Assembly: GCA_019650635.1 (NCBI GenBank) | Contig: BOXE01000002.1 | Coordinates: 50,136 to 114,135 of the forward strand | Direction of reading: 5' to 3' | Source of the DNA: Alphaproteobacteria bacterium | GTDB lineage: Bacteria; Pseudomonadota; Alphaproteobacteria; Methylaequorales; Methylaequoraceae | DNA: 64,000 bases | In this document: positions 28,299-38,641 of the stretch, piece after piece | How the letters are laid out: each line of letters starts with the position of its first letter | Position numbering within the stretch: the stretch's first letter is position 1 | Made by a program: the position numbers and the translations under genes | Notes under the pieces: model-generated | What the model was told of the DNA's origin: nothing | The model's database searches: none | The model's input: only the letters and a program-made list of their open reading frames with translations

Positions 28299-29022
28299 CA
28301 GTAAACCCTATTGAATTGAGTAATTTATCTAAAAATTTGATTTCTATTTCAACTAAATTTCCAATTCCAATGTCATTTAATTCAAAAGGTCCAAAACTTA
28401 TCCTTTTCAATTTTTGAACTTTGAGATTAAAGTAATTAAGAACTTTTCTTATTTCTCTATTTTTACCTTCAGTTAATTTAACTTCCATCATATTTTTTTC
28501 TTCACTATTCGATAATTTTATTTTAATTTCATTATACAAAATACCATCAACTAAAAATTGACCCTCAACCAATTTATCTAAATTTTCAGGAATTTTTCCC
28601 GAAACTTTGACAATATATCTTCTTTCAATTTTATTACTTGGATCTTCAAGATACGAAGAAAGCTTCGGATTCGTAGTTAATAGTAATAAACCCTCGGATT
28701 TTATATCTAACCTTCCAACGGAAACAACTCTTGGAAGATCTTTAGGAACTAATCTAAACAGGCTTTTTTGCGAAAATTGTTCTTTATTAGACGAAACATA
28801 ACCTACAGGTTTATTTAAAATCCAAACCCTCGTTTTAATATTAGTTAATGGTTTGTCTTTTACTTTAATGGATTTTATAAGACTTTTCTCAATAAAAAAT
28901 TCTTTAAAGACATTATCGTTAATTTTAACTTCACCATTTTTTATTAAAAATTCTGCATTTTTCCTTGAACAGATTCCCGCATGTGAAATTAATTTAGACA
29001 ACCGAATTAATTTATTTGTCAA
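28273..29022 (-). CDS. RsuA/RluB-family pseudouridine synthase with S4 domain
   Basis: 249 aa with N-terminal S4-like RLSKLISHAGICSRKNAEFLIKNGEVKIN and the catalytic VGRLDIKSEGLLLLT. Confidence 0.85.
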   Translation of the reverse strand: MTNKLIRLSKLISHAGICSRKNAEFLIKNGEVKINDNVFKEFFIEKSLIKSIKVKDKPLTNIKTRVWILNKPVGYVSSNKEQFSQKSLFRLVPKDLPRVVSVGRLDIKSEGLLLLTTNPKLSSYLEDPSNKIERRYIVKVSGKIPENLDKLVEGQFLVDGILYNEIKIKLSNSEEKNMMEVKLTEGKNREIRKVLNYFNLKVQKLKRISFGPFELNDIGIGNLVEIEIKFLDKLLNSIGFTDENNFRQI

Positions 29023-29773
29023 TTTTTTTCTTGGCTGATGTTATTAATGACTTAATGACATTAATGTCCTTGTTGTCAATAAGAAATTCTGGATGCCACT
29101 GGACGCCCAGACAATAATTGGACCTTGTACTTTCTATTGCTTCAATAACACCATCTTCTGAAACTGCAGAGACAATAAGGTTTTTCCCCAACTTATCAAC
29201 GGCTTGGTGGTGTGCTGAATTTACAAACATTTTCGAGCATTTTACAAAACTGAAAAGTATTGTATTTTTTTTTATATGAACAAAGTGACTAGGTTCATTT
29301 CTGGGATTTGGTTGCTCATGGTTTATATCAGAGTCTATTACATCAGGGATATGTTGAAGAAGAGTTCCTCCTAGAACAACATTTATTAACTGTTGTCCGC
29401 CGCAAATTCCAAGCACCGGAATTTTTTTGGATGGCTTTTTAGTTATCTTAAATTCAAAATTCGTTCTTCCATTTTTAATTCTCAATGTCGGTTTTCTCTC
29501 CTGACCATACATTTGTGGATCAATATCAAAATCTCCCCCAGTTACAAGAAGTCCATCTATAAAGTTTAAATATTGATTAATCGCTTTTACATTATTTGGT
29601 AAAAAAATAGATATGCCACCTGCAATTTCGATAGATTCAGAATAATTTTTTCTAGCCGCGTACCATGGATATTTTGAATAGGTTTGCTCTTCTTCCTCAT
29701 CCAACGTTATTCCAATTACAGGCTTATTCATTAATCTTTTAAAAATTAAACTTAATGTTAGTATATTAAACAT
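29012..29773 (-). CDS. class I glutamine amidotransferase / peptidase C26 (gamma-glutamyl-GABA hydrolase-like)
   Basis: Carries GICGGQQL (nucleophile Cys) and VQWHPEF. The likely true start is the internal MNKPVIGITLD at about 29731. Confidence 0.8.
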   Translation of the reverse strand: MFNILTLSLIFKRLMNKPVIGITLDEEEEQTYSKYPWYAARKNYSESIEIAGGISIFLPNNVKAINQYLNFIDGLLVTGGDFDIDPQMYGQERKPTLRIKNGRTNFEFKITKKPSKKIPVLGICGGQQLINVVLGGTLLQHIPDVIDSDINHEQPNPRNEPSHFVHIKKNTILFSFVKCSKMFVNSAHHQAVDKLGKNLIVSAVSEDGVIEAIESTRSNYCLGVQWHPEFLIDNKDINVIKSLITSAKKKIDK

Positions 29774-30154
29774 ATGCGAAGATGTTGTAAAATTTTTATA
29801 AATAATTACGAGATTATTGCTGATTTAAATAACTCTTTAACCGCATCTCAAATTTGGAACTCACTCCCTATTTCTTCTGATATTCATACATGGGGAAATG
29901 AAATATATTTTGATACTTCTGTAAGTGTTGAAATTGAAGAAAAAGCTAAAGAAGTTATTCAGTTAGGAGAAATAGTTTATTGGCCCACTGGAAAAGTTAT
30001 TGCAATCGGTTTTGGGAAGACACCAATATCTCTCGGAGATGAAATTAGACTTGCATCCAAATGTAATGTTTGGGCTAATACTAGTTTTGATTTAAAAAAA
30101 CTAGTTAATGTTCGTCAAGGTGAAAAAGTATTGGTCGAAAAGAGTAGAATATAA
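29774..30154 (+). CDS. cyclophilin-like superfamily protein of unknown function
   Basis: 126 aa. The pattern NNSLTASQIW...WGNEIYF...GEIVYWPTGKVIAIGFGKTP resembles the small cyclophilin-like (TM1367-type) family. From memory only. Confidence 0.5.
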   Translation: MRRCCKIFINNYEIIADLNNSLTASQIWNSLPISSDIHTWGNEIYFDTSVSVEIEEKAKEVIQLGEIVYWPTGKVIAIGFGKTPISLGDEIRLASKCNVWANTSFDLKKLVNVRQGEKVLVEKSRI

Positions 30155-30155
30155 T

Positions 30156-30596
30156 ATGAATGAATATTTTATGAAACTTGCTTTAGATTTAGCAAAAAAA
30201 TCATTTAAACAAAATGAAATACCTGTTGGTTGCGTTTTAGTAAACGATAAAAATGAAATAATTAGTTGTGCTTCAAATTCCATGGTAAAGAATCATGACC
30301 CAACTTCGCATGCTGAAATAGTTGCAATACGAAAAGCATGTAAGAAATTAAAAACAACAAAACTTTTAAATTTCTCAATTTATACAACGTTAGAACCATG
30401 TTTGATGTGTGAATCGTTAATTATAAGTGTTGGCATAAAAAAAATTTATTTTGGTGCTTTTTCAGATAATGTAAAAATTCATAAGAGAAAAATAAAAAAT
30501 TATTTTTCCAGTAATAATAATTATGAATTTTTTGGAGGATTTAAAGAAAAAGAGTGTTCAGATTTAATAATTAATGCTTTAGAGAAAAAAAGATAA
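30156..30596 (+). CDS. tadA: tRNA-specific adenosine deaminase
   Basis: Carries the CDA zinc motifs HAE and PCLMC. ATG at 30156 (MNEYFMKLALDLAKKS) is preferred over the upstream extension of listed ORF 30108. Confidence 0.88.
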   Translation: MNEYFMKLALDLAKKSFKQNEIPVGCVLVNDKNEIISCASNSMVKNHDPTSHAEIVAIRKACKKLKTTKLLNFSIYTTLEPCLMCESLIISVGIKKIYFGAFSDNVKIHKRKIKNYFSSNNNYEFFGGFKEKECSDLIINALEKKR

Positions 30597-31862
30597 TCAT
30601 ACATTTTTTTGACCGATATCATTTCTAAAAAAACCTTCCTTCCAACCAATAGCTTCTACAGCTTTATATGCAATTTTCCTTGCATGTGCGATTGAATTAC
30701 CTTGTGCAGTGACAGCTAGCACTCTTCCACCTGAAGAAATTACTTTTTCTTTTTTTAATGCAGTTCCAGCATGGAATATCTCAACTCCTTTAATAGATTG
30801 TGCCTTTGACAGATTACTAATAACTTTATTCTTTTTATAGTTGCCAGGATATCCTTTGGAAGCAACTACAACGCAGACAACAGATTGTTTTTTATTTCTT
30901 ATGGTCAAATCAGAAAGCCTATCTTTCAAGTTATAATCAATAATTTTTAAAATATCAGTTTGTAAGTTTCTTAATAAAGTTTGACACTCTGGATCTCCGA
31001 ATCTTACATTATATTCAATAACGAAAGGCCCCTGTGAGGTTATCATTAGACCAAAAAAAAGTATGCCTCTGTATACCAATTTATCTTTTTTAAGTCCTAA
31101 TGATGTTGGAATTAAAATTTTTTTTTCGATTTGATTTTGGATTTTTTTTGTCATTTTTCTCGTTGGACTAAAGCAGCCCATTCCCCCGGTATTAGGCCCT
31201 TCATCATTGTTAAAAGCTCTTTTGTGATCTAGCGCGTAACCTAGTTTAGCAAAACCATTTTTATCAAAGAAAGCGAAATAACTTACCTCAAAACCTGACA
31301 AATATTCCTCAATTATTACTTTTTTTCCGGCTGAACCAAATTTTTTTTTTTTCATTATTTCATCTAGACCATTGATTGCTTCGCGTTTGTTTCTGCAAAT
31401 AATTACGCCCTTTCCTGCTGCTAATCCATCTGCTTTTATAACAATTGGGTATTTTGTTACAGATACATAATGAACAGCTGAATTAAACGATTTAAATTCT
31501 TTGTATTTAGCTGTATTAATTTTGTTTTTTATTAGAAATCTTTTTGCAAAAGACTTCGATGATTCGAGCTTAGACGCTTTTTTACTAGGACCAAAAACGG
31601 GTATACCTTTTGATCTTATATAATCACTTAGACCGTCCTCTAAAAATTGTTCAGGACCAATTATTACTAAATCTATTTCTTGTTTTTTACAGAATCTTAT
31701 TAACTCATTTTTTTTATTTAAATCTAAGTTTTTACAAACCGCAATTTCTGATATTCCTGCATTGCCTGGGATGCAGAATAAAGAACGACATTTTCTGGAT
31801 TTTCTTACAGCCCAGCATATTGCATGTTCTCTTCCACCACCACCTAAGACTAAAATATTCAA
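30597..31862 (-). CDS. purD: phosphoribosylamine--glycine ligase
   Basis: 421 aa with MNILVLGGGGREHAI, an ATP-grasp core and C-terminal GGRVLAVT. Confidence 0.94.
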   Translation of the reverse strand: MNILVLGGGGREHAICWAVRKSRKCRSLFCIPGNAGISEIAVCKNLDLNKKNELIRFCKKQEIDLVIIGPEQFLEDGLSDYIRSKGIPVFGPSKKASKLESSKSFAKRFLIKNKINTAKYKEFKSFNSAVHYVSVTKYPIVIKADGLAAGKGVIICRNKREAINGLDEIMKKKKFGSAGKKVIIEEYLSGFEVSYFAFFDKNGFAKLGYALDHKRAFNNDEGPNTGGMGCFSPTRKMTKKIQNQIEKKILIPTSLGLKKDKLVYRGILFFGLMITSQGPFVIEYNVRFGDPECQTLLRNLQTDILKIIDYNLKDRLSDLTIRNKKQSVVCVVVASKGYPGNYKKNKVISNLSKAQSIKGVEIFHAGTALKKEKVISSGGRVLAVTAQGNSIAHARKIAYKAVEAIGWKEGFFRNDIGQKNV

Positions 31863-31904
31863 GAAATTATTCCTTTTTTGATTTTTTTAAACTAAATTTG
31901 AAAC

Positions 31905-33230
31905 ATGAATATTCTTTCAAATATTGAAAAATTCACAGTCTCTCAATTAAACTATTCTATCAAAAATTTGATAGAAAATAAATTTCAAATTGTTTCAGTT
32001 ATTGGAGAAGTGTCACAAGTGAAGAAACATGGTTCTGGTCATATCTATTTTTCATTGAAGGATGAAGAAAGTTTTATTTCTGCTATTTGTTGGAGATCAG
32101 TTGTTCCCCGTCTCAAAATAAATCTAGAAGATGGTATAAAAGTTGAAATCAAAGGGAAAGTTACAACATACTCACAACAATCCAAGTATCAATTGATTGT
32201 TCAGCAAATAGTTTTTGAGGGCGAAGGCAATTTGTTAAAACTTCTTGAACAAAGAAAAAGAAGATTAGCTGAACTTGGTTTTTTTGATGAATCAAAAAAG
32301 AAAGAAATCTCGAAATTTCCAAATTCAATTGGGGTTATCACATCAGAATCGGGAGCAGTTATCAAAGATATAATTCACAGAGTATCTGATAGATTTCCAA
32401 CAAAATTACTAATTTATCCCTCAAATGTTCAGGGAGAAAAATGCTTAGATGACATAATTAGAGGGATTGAGTATTTTAATATTAAAAAAGACAATTCAGT
32501 TGATGTTATAATAATTGCCAGAGGAGGCGGTAGTTTAGAGGATTTAATGCCATTTAATGAAGAATTATTGGTAAAAAAAATCTTTGAGTCAAAAATACCA
32601 ATTGTTTCTGCTGTTGGACACGAAACAGATTACACTTTGTGTGATCTTGTCTCTGATCTCAGAGCTCCAACACCTTCAGCTGCAGTTGAAATGATATTAC
32701 CTAATAGAAAGGAAATTCTTATTAGATTATTGGATTCAGAAAGTAAATTAAAAAAGATATTTGCTCATTTTTTTGATAACCACAAATTAAGTCTTAAATT
32801 ATTATCGTCTAAAATACCTGAATTATTAGAAACAGTGAATAATCATTTTCAGGAATTAGATTACCATGAACAAGGTCTAAAAAATTTTTTAAACTCAGTT
32901 TTTAAAAATATGAAGATAAATTTATACAGAGTTATCCAAAAGTTTTCACCTAGTAATCTATCTAATATGGTGAAACTAGAGTTATCTAAAGTTTTAAATA
33001 ATTTTGAAAAAAGTACTTTTTTTATAAATCAGAATCTTGATACTAAAAAAGAACGATTTAATTCAAAATCTAAAGAACTTTCAATTTTGTCATATAAACA
33101 AACATTGAAGAGGGGTTTTGCTGTTATAAGAAAAGAAGATGTTATAATCAAAAATGATTTAGAGATTAAACATAATGATAAAATTGAGATAGAGTTTGCA
33201 ACAAGTAAAACTAAAGCTAAAAAAATATAA
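31905..33230 (+). CDS. xseA: exodeoxyribonuclease VII large subunit
   Basis: 441 aa with an N-terminal OB fold, IGVITSESGAVIKDI and IIIARGGGSLEDL. Confidence 0.92.
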   Translation: MNILSNIEKFTVSQLNYSIKNLIENKFQIVSVIGEVSQVKKHGSGHIYFSLKDEESFISAICWRSVVPRLKINLEDGIKVEIKGKVTTYSQQSKYQLIVQQIVFEGEGNLLKLLEQRKRRLAELGFFDESKKKEISKFPNSIGVITSESGAVIKDIIHRVSDRFPTKLLIYPSNVQGEKCLDDIIRGIEYFNIKKDNSVDVIIIARGGGSLEDLMPFNEELLVKKIFESKIPIVSAVGHETDYTLCDLVSDLRAPTPSAAVEMILPNRKEILIRLLDSESKLKKIFAHFFDNHKLSLKLLSSKIPELLETVNNHFQELDYHEQGLKNFLNSVFKNMKINLYRVIQKFSPSNLSNMVKLELSKVLNNFEKSTFFINQNLDTKKERFNSKSKELSILSYKQTLKRGFAVIRKEDVIIKNDLEIKHNDKIEIEFATSKTKAKKI

Positions 33231-34024
33231 TGTTTTTAATTTTTTTTATCATTCTTATTTTTCCAGTAAATTTTAAAGCTGAAACATTTCCTAAAATTTT
33301 CGGTTGTTTTTGCGAGGGGGGAGTGATAACAGGAAATCTTGAGAATGGAAGTAAATTAAAAATTGACAATAAACAAGTCGAAGTTTTTGAAAAAGGAAGA
33401 TTTATCTATGCATTTGGGAGAAAATATAAAGACAATGTAAAAATTGAAATAAATGATAAAGTAAAAAAATTCACAGTTTCAAAAAAAAAATACAAAATTG
33501 AAAATATTAAAGGTCTTCCCAGGAAAAAGGTCGAACCATCGAAAGAGGATTTAAACAAAATAATATCTGATCAGAACAAAATAAAAAAAGCAAAATTAAT
33601 TGGTTACAAAACAAGACTTTTTAATGAAAAATTTATATTACCTTCAAAAGGAAGAATGTCAGGATTTTATGGAAGTCAACGAATCCTTAATTCCAAACCA
33701 AGAAGACCTCATGCTGGAATAGATATTGCTGCAAAGGAGGGTACAAGTGTGATTGCCCCTTCTTCAGGAATTATCAAATTAGTGGAGGAGGATATGTTCT
33801 TCACTGGAAATACTGTGATAATGGATCATGGCTTAGGACTAATTTCAATTTTTGCTCACTTGAAGGAAGTTTTTGTTGAAAAAGGAGAAAAAGTGTTGCA
33901 AGGCCAAAAAATTGGCTCAATTGGTATGACAGGTAGAGCAACAGGTCCTCATCTTCATTGGGGTGTTTATTTGAATAATACATCTGTTGACCCAGAGGTC
34001 CTTTTAAAATACGAACTTAATTAG
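33230..34024 (+). CDS. M23 family metallopeptidase
   Basis: 264 aa with a signal sequence, HAGIDIAAKEGTSVIAP and GPHLHWGV. Confidence 0.88.
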   Translation: MFLIFFIILIFPVNFKAETFPKIFGCFCEGGVITGNLENGSKLKIDNKQVEVFEKGRFIYAFGRKYKDNVKIEINDKVKKFTVSKKKYKIENIKGLPRKKVEPSKEDLNKIISDQNKIKKAKLIGYKTRLFNEKFILPSKGRMSGFYGSQRILNSKPRRPHAGIDIAAKEGTSVIAPSSGIIKLVEEDMFFTGNTVIMDHGLGLISIFAHLKEVFVEKGEKVLQGQKIGSIGMTGRATGPHLHWGVYLNNTSVDPEVLLKYELN

Positions 34025-34979
34025 CACGAAGGCATTCCAAAACTCTCTTTTCAAATTTCTTTTTCTTTTCAATTTTCAAATTTAGATTTACAGGTTTTAT
34101 TTTATTCTTAAATTCTTCAGGAACTTTTATATAGTCTTTTTTTGTACAGACAACTGTGAGATTTTCTTTTTTTGCTAAATTTAGTATGCTCAAAATATCA
34201 TTTTTTTTGAAAATGTAGTGATCGGAGAAACTTTTTATTCTTTTGATTGTAAAACCAGAATGTAAAAGTGAATTGTGAAAATTTGTATTATTTCCAAGTG
34301 CTGAAAACACAAATAAGTTTTTATTTTTGCATGATTCGATACTTATTTCTTTTTTTGCCATAAAAACTTTTTGTTTTGGAATCATATTTTTTTCAAAAAT
34401 ATTACTATTGTTTCCAATAATTAAAATTAGATCGCAATTTTTAATACCACTATTAATAGGTTCTCTTAAAGGACCAGACGGAAAAATATTTTTATTACCA
34501 AAACCGTAATCACTATCAATAACTAAAACTTTACAATCCTTTTTTATATCTATGCTCTGCAAACCGTCATCCATTATTATTAACTTTCCACCTTGAGCCT
34601 CACAGAACTCAGCCCCTAAAAATTTTTTTTTGGAGACACAGGTCAAGCCAAAGTGTGAATGTAAAAGACTTTCCTCTCCAACTTCGTGAAATGAGTGATC
34701 CTTTGAGACTATCAAAGGACCTTTCGCTGTTCCTTTATAACCTCTTGTTAAAACAAATATTTTTTTAAAACTGTTTGTTAAAATTTGTCTCATTTCTATT
34801 ACTGTTGGAGTTTTTCCAGCTCCACCAAGTGTAATATTTCCAACACATAAAACTGGAATGTTACATTTCTTTTCTTTGTTACTTATCTTGTAAATAACAA
34901 AAAATAAATAGTAAAATATTGAAAAAGGAAAGAGTAATAAGTTTAAAAAATTATTAGATTTCCAAATTTTTTGCATCAT
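34017..34979 (-). CDS. lpxK: tetraacyldisaccharide 4-prime-kinase
   Basis: 320 aa with the P-loop GNITLGGAGKTP after an N-terminal TM segment. Adjacent to waaA. Confidence 0.9.
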   Translation of the reverse strand: MMQKIWKSNNFLNLLLFPFSIFYYLFFVIYKISNKEKKCNIPVLCVGNITLGGAGKTPTVIEMRQILTNSFKKIFVLTRGYKGTAKGPLIVSKDHSFHEVGEESLLHSHFGLTCVSKKKFLGAEFCEAQGGKLIIMDDGLQSIDIKKDCKVLVIDSDYGFGNKNIFPSGPLREPINSGIKNCDLILIIGNNSNIFEKNMIPKQKVFMAKKEISIESCKNKNLFVFSALGNNTNFHNSLLHSGFTIKRIKSFSDHYIFKKNDILSILNLAKKENLTVVCTKKDYIKVPEEFKNKIKPVNLNLKIEKKKKFEKRVLECLRAN

Positions 34980-36223
34980 TTTATAACACTTCTTAGGATA
35001 GACTTTGACTTGTAAAACTGACTTTTACAAAGAGTTTTAAATTTTCGATTAGTTTCTCTATTTAATTTTTTATTTTTTAAAAGTCTTAAAATCATCTGAA
35101 TAAGCTGAGATGAATTTTTGACTTCAAACCCCGCTTTAAATTTAATAATGTCGTCTTTTATATCTTCAAAGTTTTCCATGTGCGGACCAAAGATCAATGA
35201 ACAATTAAAATCTTTTGTTTCTATTGGGTTATGTCCGCCATGGTTGCTAAATGAACCACCAACAATTGCAATTTCTGATAATTTAAAAAAAATTCCTAAT
35301 TCACCAAATGTATCAACTAACAAAATTTTTTCATTAGAAATTTTGAAATTACTTTCATTTCTTAAAAGAAATAAAAACTTATCTTTTTTAAATTGATCTG
35401 TAATTTTTTTTATTCTGTTAGTATGTCTAGGAATAATAATAAAAAACAAATTACTAATATCTTTTGATAAAACTCTGAAAATATCTGCAAACATTTTTTC
35501 TTCTTCTGCATGCGAACTAAATAAAGTTACAACTCTTTTTGATTTGAGCTGTTTAAAAATTTTATTATAAGCAACACTATCAACTTCTAAGCCTTGAGAA
35601 ATATATTTTAAGTTTTGTATTCTTTTAACATTTTTTGTGCCAAGTTCTCTAAACCTTTTTAATGAGTCATTATTTTGTGTGTAACACTGATCGATTAATG
35701 GAAAAACAGATTTAGAAAAAAAACTAATTCTTTTCCAATTAATGAAAGATTTATTTGATATTCGAGCATTTAAAATAGAGAGTTTGATAGATTTCTCTTT
35801 CAAAATATTAAATATATTTGGCCAAATTTCAGACTCAATAAAAATTACTGAACTTGGATTCCAATATTTTAAGAATCTTTTTATTAAAAAATTTATGTCT
35901 ATCGGGAAAAAAATAACAACAAAATTATTTTTTGACTTAGATAATAAATTGTACGCACTAAGAGTTGATGTGCTAAATAAAATTGACGAATTGGGTTTTA
36001 TTTTTTTTATTTCTCTAGCAACTGCGATTCCAGTCTTTGCTTCACCAACACTAACACCATTAATCCAGATTAAATCTCCTTTAGGTCTTTTTTTTCTTGA
36101 AATTGAAAATTTTTCAAGAATACTCGAAACAGTTTCTTTCGAGACTAAAAAACGAAGAAAAAAAAAGAATAAGATAGGAATAAAAAACAAATTTGATAAA
36201 TATCTATAAATTAATAACAACAT
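34976..36223 (-). CDS. waaA: 3-deoxy-D-manno-octulosonic acid (Kdo) transferase
   Basis: 415 aa with WINGVSVGE near the N-terminus and a glycosyltransferase C-terminal half. Confidence 0.88.
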   Translation of the reverse strand: MLLLIYRYLSNLFFIPILFFFFLRFLVSKETVSSILEKFSISRKKRPKGDLIWINGVSVGEAKTGIAVAREIKKIKPNSSILFSTSTLSAYNLLSKSKNNFVVIFFPIDINFLIKRFLKYWNPSSVIFIESEIWPNIFNILKEKSIKLSILNARISNKSFINWKRISFFSKSVFPLIDQCYTQNNDSLKRFRELGTKNVKRIQNLKYISQGLEVDSVAYNKIFKQLKSKRVVTLFSSHAEEEKMFADIFRVLSKDISNLFFIIIPRHTNRIKKITDQFKKDKFLFLLRNESNFKISNEKILLVDTFGELGIFFKLSEIAIVGGSFSNHGGHNPIETKDFNCSLIFGPHMENFEDIKDDIIKFKAGFEVKNSSQLIQMILRLLKNKKLNRETNRKFKTLCKSQFYKSKSILRSVIK

Positions 36224-36225
36224 AA

Positions 36226-36903
36226 CTAATTCGAGAAATTGTCTGATAACATCGTTACTCTTTTTATTTCTTTTTCTAAAATTAATTTATTTTCAGCAAG
36301 TGTTTTATTTTTATCAAATTGAAATGGATTTCCCCAAACTGCCACAAATTTATTGAACGGCGTTACAAAAATGAATTTATCCCATGTATTTAGTGTAAAT
36401 TTAAATTTAGCTGAATAACTTAATGGTAAAACTGGAACATTTGTTTTTTTTAAAAGTGAGATAAGCCCTTTTTTTACTTCCTCATTAGGACCTCTTGGAC
36501 CATCTGGAGTGATTCCTATTATACTATCATTATTAATTTGTTTTAATATCTCTTTTAAGGAAGATAAATTATTTTTCCTCGAGGACCCGGTTATTGTCTG
36601 AATTCCAAAATAGGATATCGCGTTGGAAATTATTTTTCCGTCAGCATGTCCAGAAATAAGCATTTTAAATTCTTTAGACCATTTCCAGCAAAAAACTGTC
36701 ATAAGCAATCTATTATGCCAAAAGCAGACTATAAAGCTCTTATTTTTTTTAATATGCTTTTCCACAATTTCTGAGTTCTTTGTTAACCAAATAGAGGTTT
36801 GGAAACAAAGCTTTAAATAGAATGATATAGTCCAACCTAAAAATAATTGAAAATATTTATGTTTAAAAATTCTTTTCATTTTTCGTTTTGAATTGTAAAT
36901 CAT
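36226..36903 (-). CDS. DUF374 / lysophospholipid acyltransferase-like protein
   Basis: 225 aa with the ITPDGPRGP motif, in the conserved position between msbA and waaA. Confidence 0.7.
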   Translation of the reverse strand: MIYNSKRKMKRIFKHKYFQLFLGWTISFYLKLCFQTSIWLTKNSEIVEKHIKKNKSFIVCFWHNRLLMTVFCWKWSKEFKMLISGHADGKIISNAISYFGIQTITGSSRKNNLSSLKEILKQINNDSIIGITPDGPRGPNEEVKKGLISLLKKTNVPVLPLSYSAKFKFTLNTWDKFIFVTPFNKFVAVWGNPFQFDKNKTLAENKLILEKEIKRVTMLSDNFSN

Positions 36904-38641
36904 GGAGATGTCTGTAAATTTTAGAAGTTTTTATTAAAGTGGAATGCTTTCCAATATCTACAATTTCACCATTATTGATTATAACTATTCTGTCGGCATC
37001 AATCACAGTTGATAATCTATGTGCTATAATTAATGCTGTTTTATTTGAAATTAGTTTATCCAAAGAATCATGAATTTTTTTCTCTGACCTTGAATCTAAT
37101 GAAGAAGTCGCTTCATCTAAAAGAAGGAATGGTGAGTTGCGAATAAAAGCACGAGCAATTGCAACTCTTTGTTTCTGTCCCCCAGAAAGCTTAGAACCGT
37201 TTTCTCCAATTATCTCATTAAATCCTTTAGGAAATTTTTTAATAAATTCTGTACAGTGAGATTTTTTACAAGCGTTTTGGAGGTCTGCTTTTGAATATTT
37301 ATTTGAGCCGTAACAGATATTATATTTGATCGTTTCATCAAATAAAACGATATCTTGACTAACTAAGGAGAAATAGTTTCTTATAAAATTAAAACTTAAA
37401 TTTTTAACATCAATTCCACCAATTTCAATTTTACCTTTATATGGATCAAAAAATCTTGGTAGAAGATTTAAGAGAGTTGTTTTACCAGCACCAGAATACC
37501 CGATCAAAGCAACTCTTTCACCATTATAGATTTCTAAATTAATATTTTTTAGAATAAGTTTTGTTGAATTAGGATATTTAAAAGAAATTTTTGATATATT
37601 AATATTATTTTTTCCCTTTAAATCTATCATATTGTCTTTTGGATGTTTTATTTCTTTCATTAAGGGCTTCTTATCCAAAATCTCAAAAACTCTCTCAGCA
37701 GAAGCCATCGCTATTTGTAATGTTGCATTTAAACTTGCCAACGATTTGACGGGTTGATACGCCATTAGTAAAGCTGTTAAAAATGAAAAGAAAGTACCTG
37801 GGGTGGTTTGTCCCTGAATAACTTGGCTTCCCCCAATAAATATTATTGCTCCGATAGCACATCCACTGATAATTTCCATCAAAGGCCTTGCAATTGAATT
37901 AACCTTTGTTGATTTATACGTAAGGTTAAAAATATTTATTATTTCTTTATCGATTCTTTTTGATTCAAAGTTTTCGGAACCAAATGCCTTTATTGTTTTT
38001 ATTGCAGAAAAAGATTCTGATAATTTTGATGTAAGCATCCCAAATCCTACTTGAGTGCTTTTAGAAATTTTTCTTAATCTTTTACCAATTCTTCTAATAG
38101 GATAGATAGCTATAGGAAAAACAAAAAGAGCTAAAAAAGCAAGTTTTATGTCATGATAAAACATAACGCCAATTAAAAAAACAAATGTAAATGAATCTTT
38201 AATTATATTTATTATGACATTGTGAACGCCTCTCGATAAAGCACCTACATCTGCAATAAACCTTGATACCATTGTTCCGGAATTAATTTCATTATGGAAG
38301 GACAAATCACATCTGATTGCTGCCCTAAACATTTGATTTTGTACATCTGCGACTAATCTATAACCAATAAAACTCATAAAAATTGATTGGATGTATGAAG
38401 CTATCCCTTTAAAAGTCGCAATTGTTATCACAGCAATTGGAATAAGAACAATTAATGTTTTATTTTTATTAATAAATATTTCATCAAGGACTGGTTGCAT
38501 CATCCAAGCATTTAACGCAGTTGCACCTGCAACAACAATCATACAAAAAATAGAGATAATTAATTTAGAGTGGTGTTTTCTTACATAATTTGCAAAAAGA
38601 CGTTTCAGTAATTTGATTGTGTTTTTATTTTTTACATTCAT
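36863..38641 (-). CDS. msbA: lipid A export ABC transporter permease/ATPase
   Basis: 592 aa with a six-TM N-terminal half, Walker A GYSGAGKTT, signature LSGGQKQR and Walker B LLLDEATS. Confidence 0.9.
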   Translation of the reverse strand: MNVKNKNTIKLLKRLFANYVRKHHSKLIISIFCMIVVAGATALNAWMMQPVLDEIFINKNKTLIVLIPIAVITIATFKGIASYIQSIFMSFIGYRLVADVQNQMFRAAIRCDLSFHNEINSGTMVSRFIADVGALSRGVHNVIINIIKDSFTFVFLIGVMFYHDIKLAFLALFVFPIAIYPIRRIGKRLRKISKSTQVGFGMLTSKLSESFSAIKTIKAFGSENFESKRIDKEIINIFNLTYKSTKVNSIARPLMEIISGCAIGAIIFIGGSQVIQGQTTPGTFFSFLTALLMAYQPVKSLASLNATLQIAMASAERVFEILDKKPLMKEIKHPKDNMIDLKGKNNINISKISFKYPNSTKLILKNINLEIYNGERVALIGYSGAGKTTLLNLLPRFFDPYKGKIEIGGIDVKNLSFNFIRNYFSLVSQDIVLFDETIKYNICYGSNKYSKADLQNACKKSHCTEFIKKFPKGFNEIIGENGSKLSGGQKQRVAIARAFIRNSPFLLLDEATSSLDSRSEKKIHDSLDKLISNKTALIIAHRLSTVIDADRIVIINNGEIVDIGKHSTLIKTSKIYRHLHDLQFKTKNEKNF

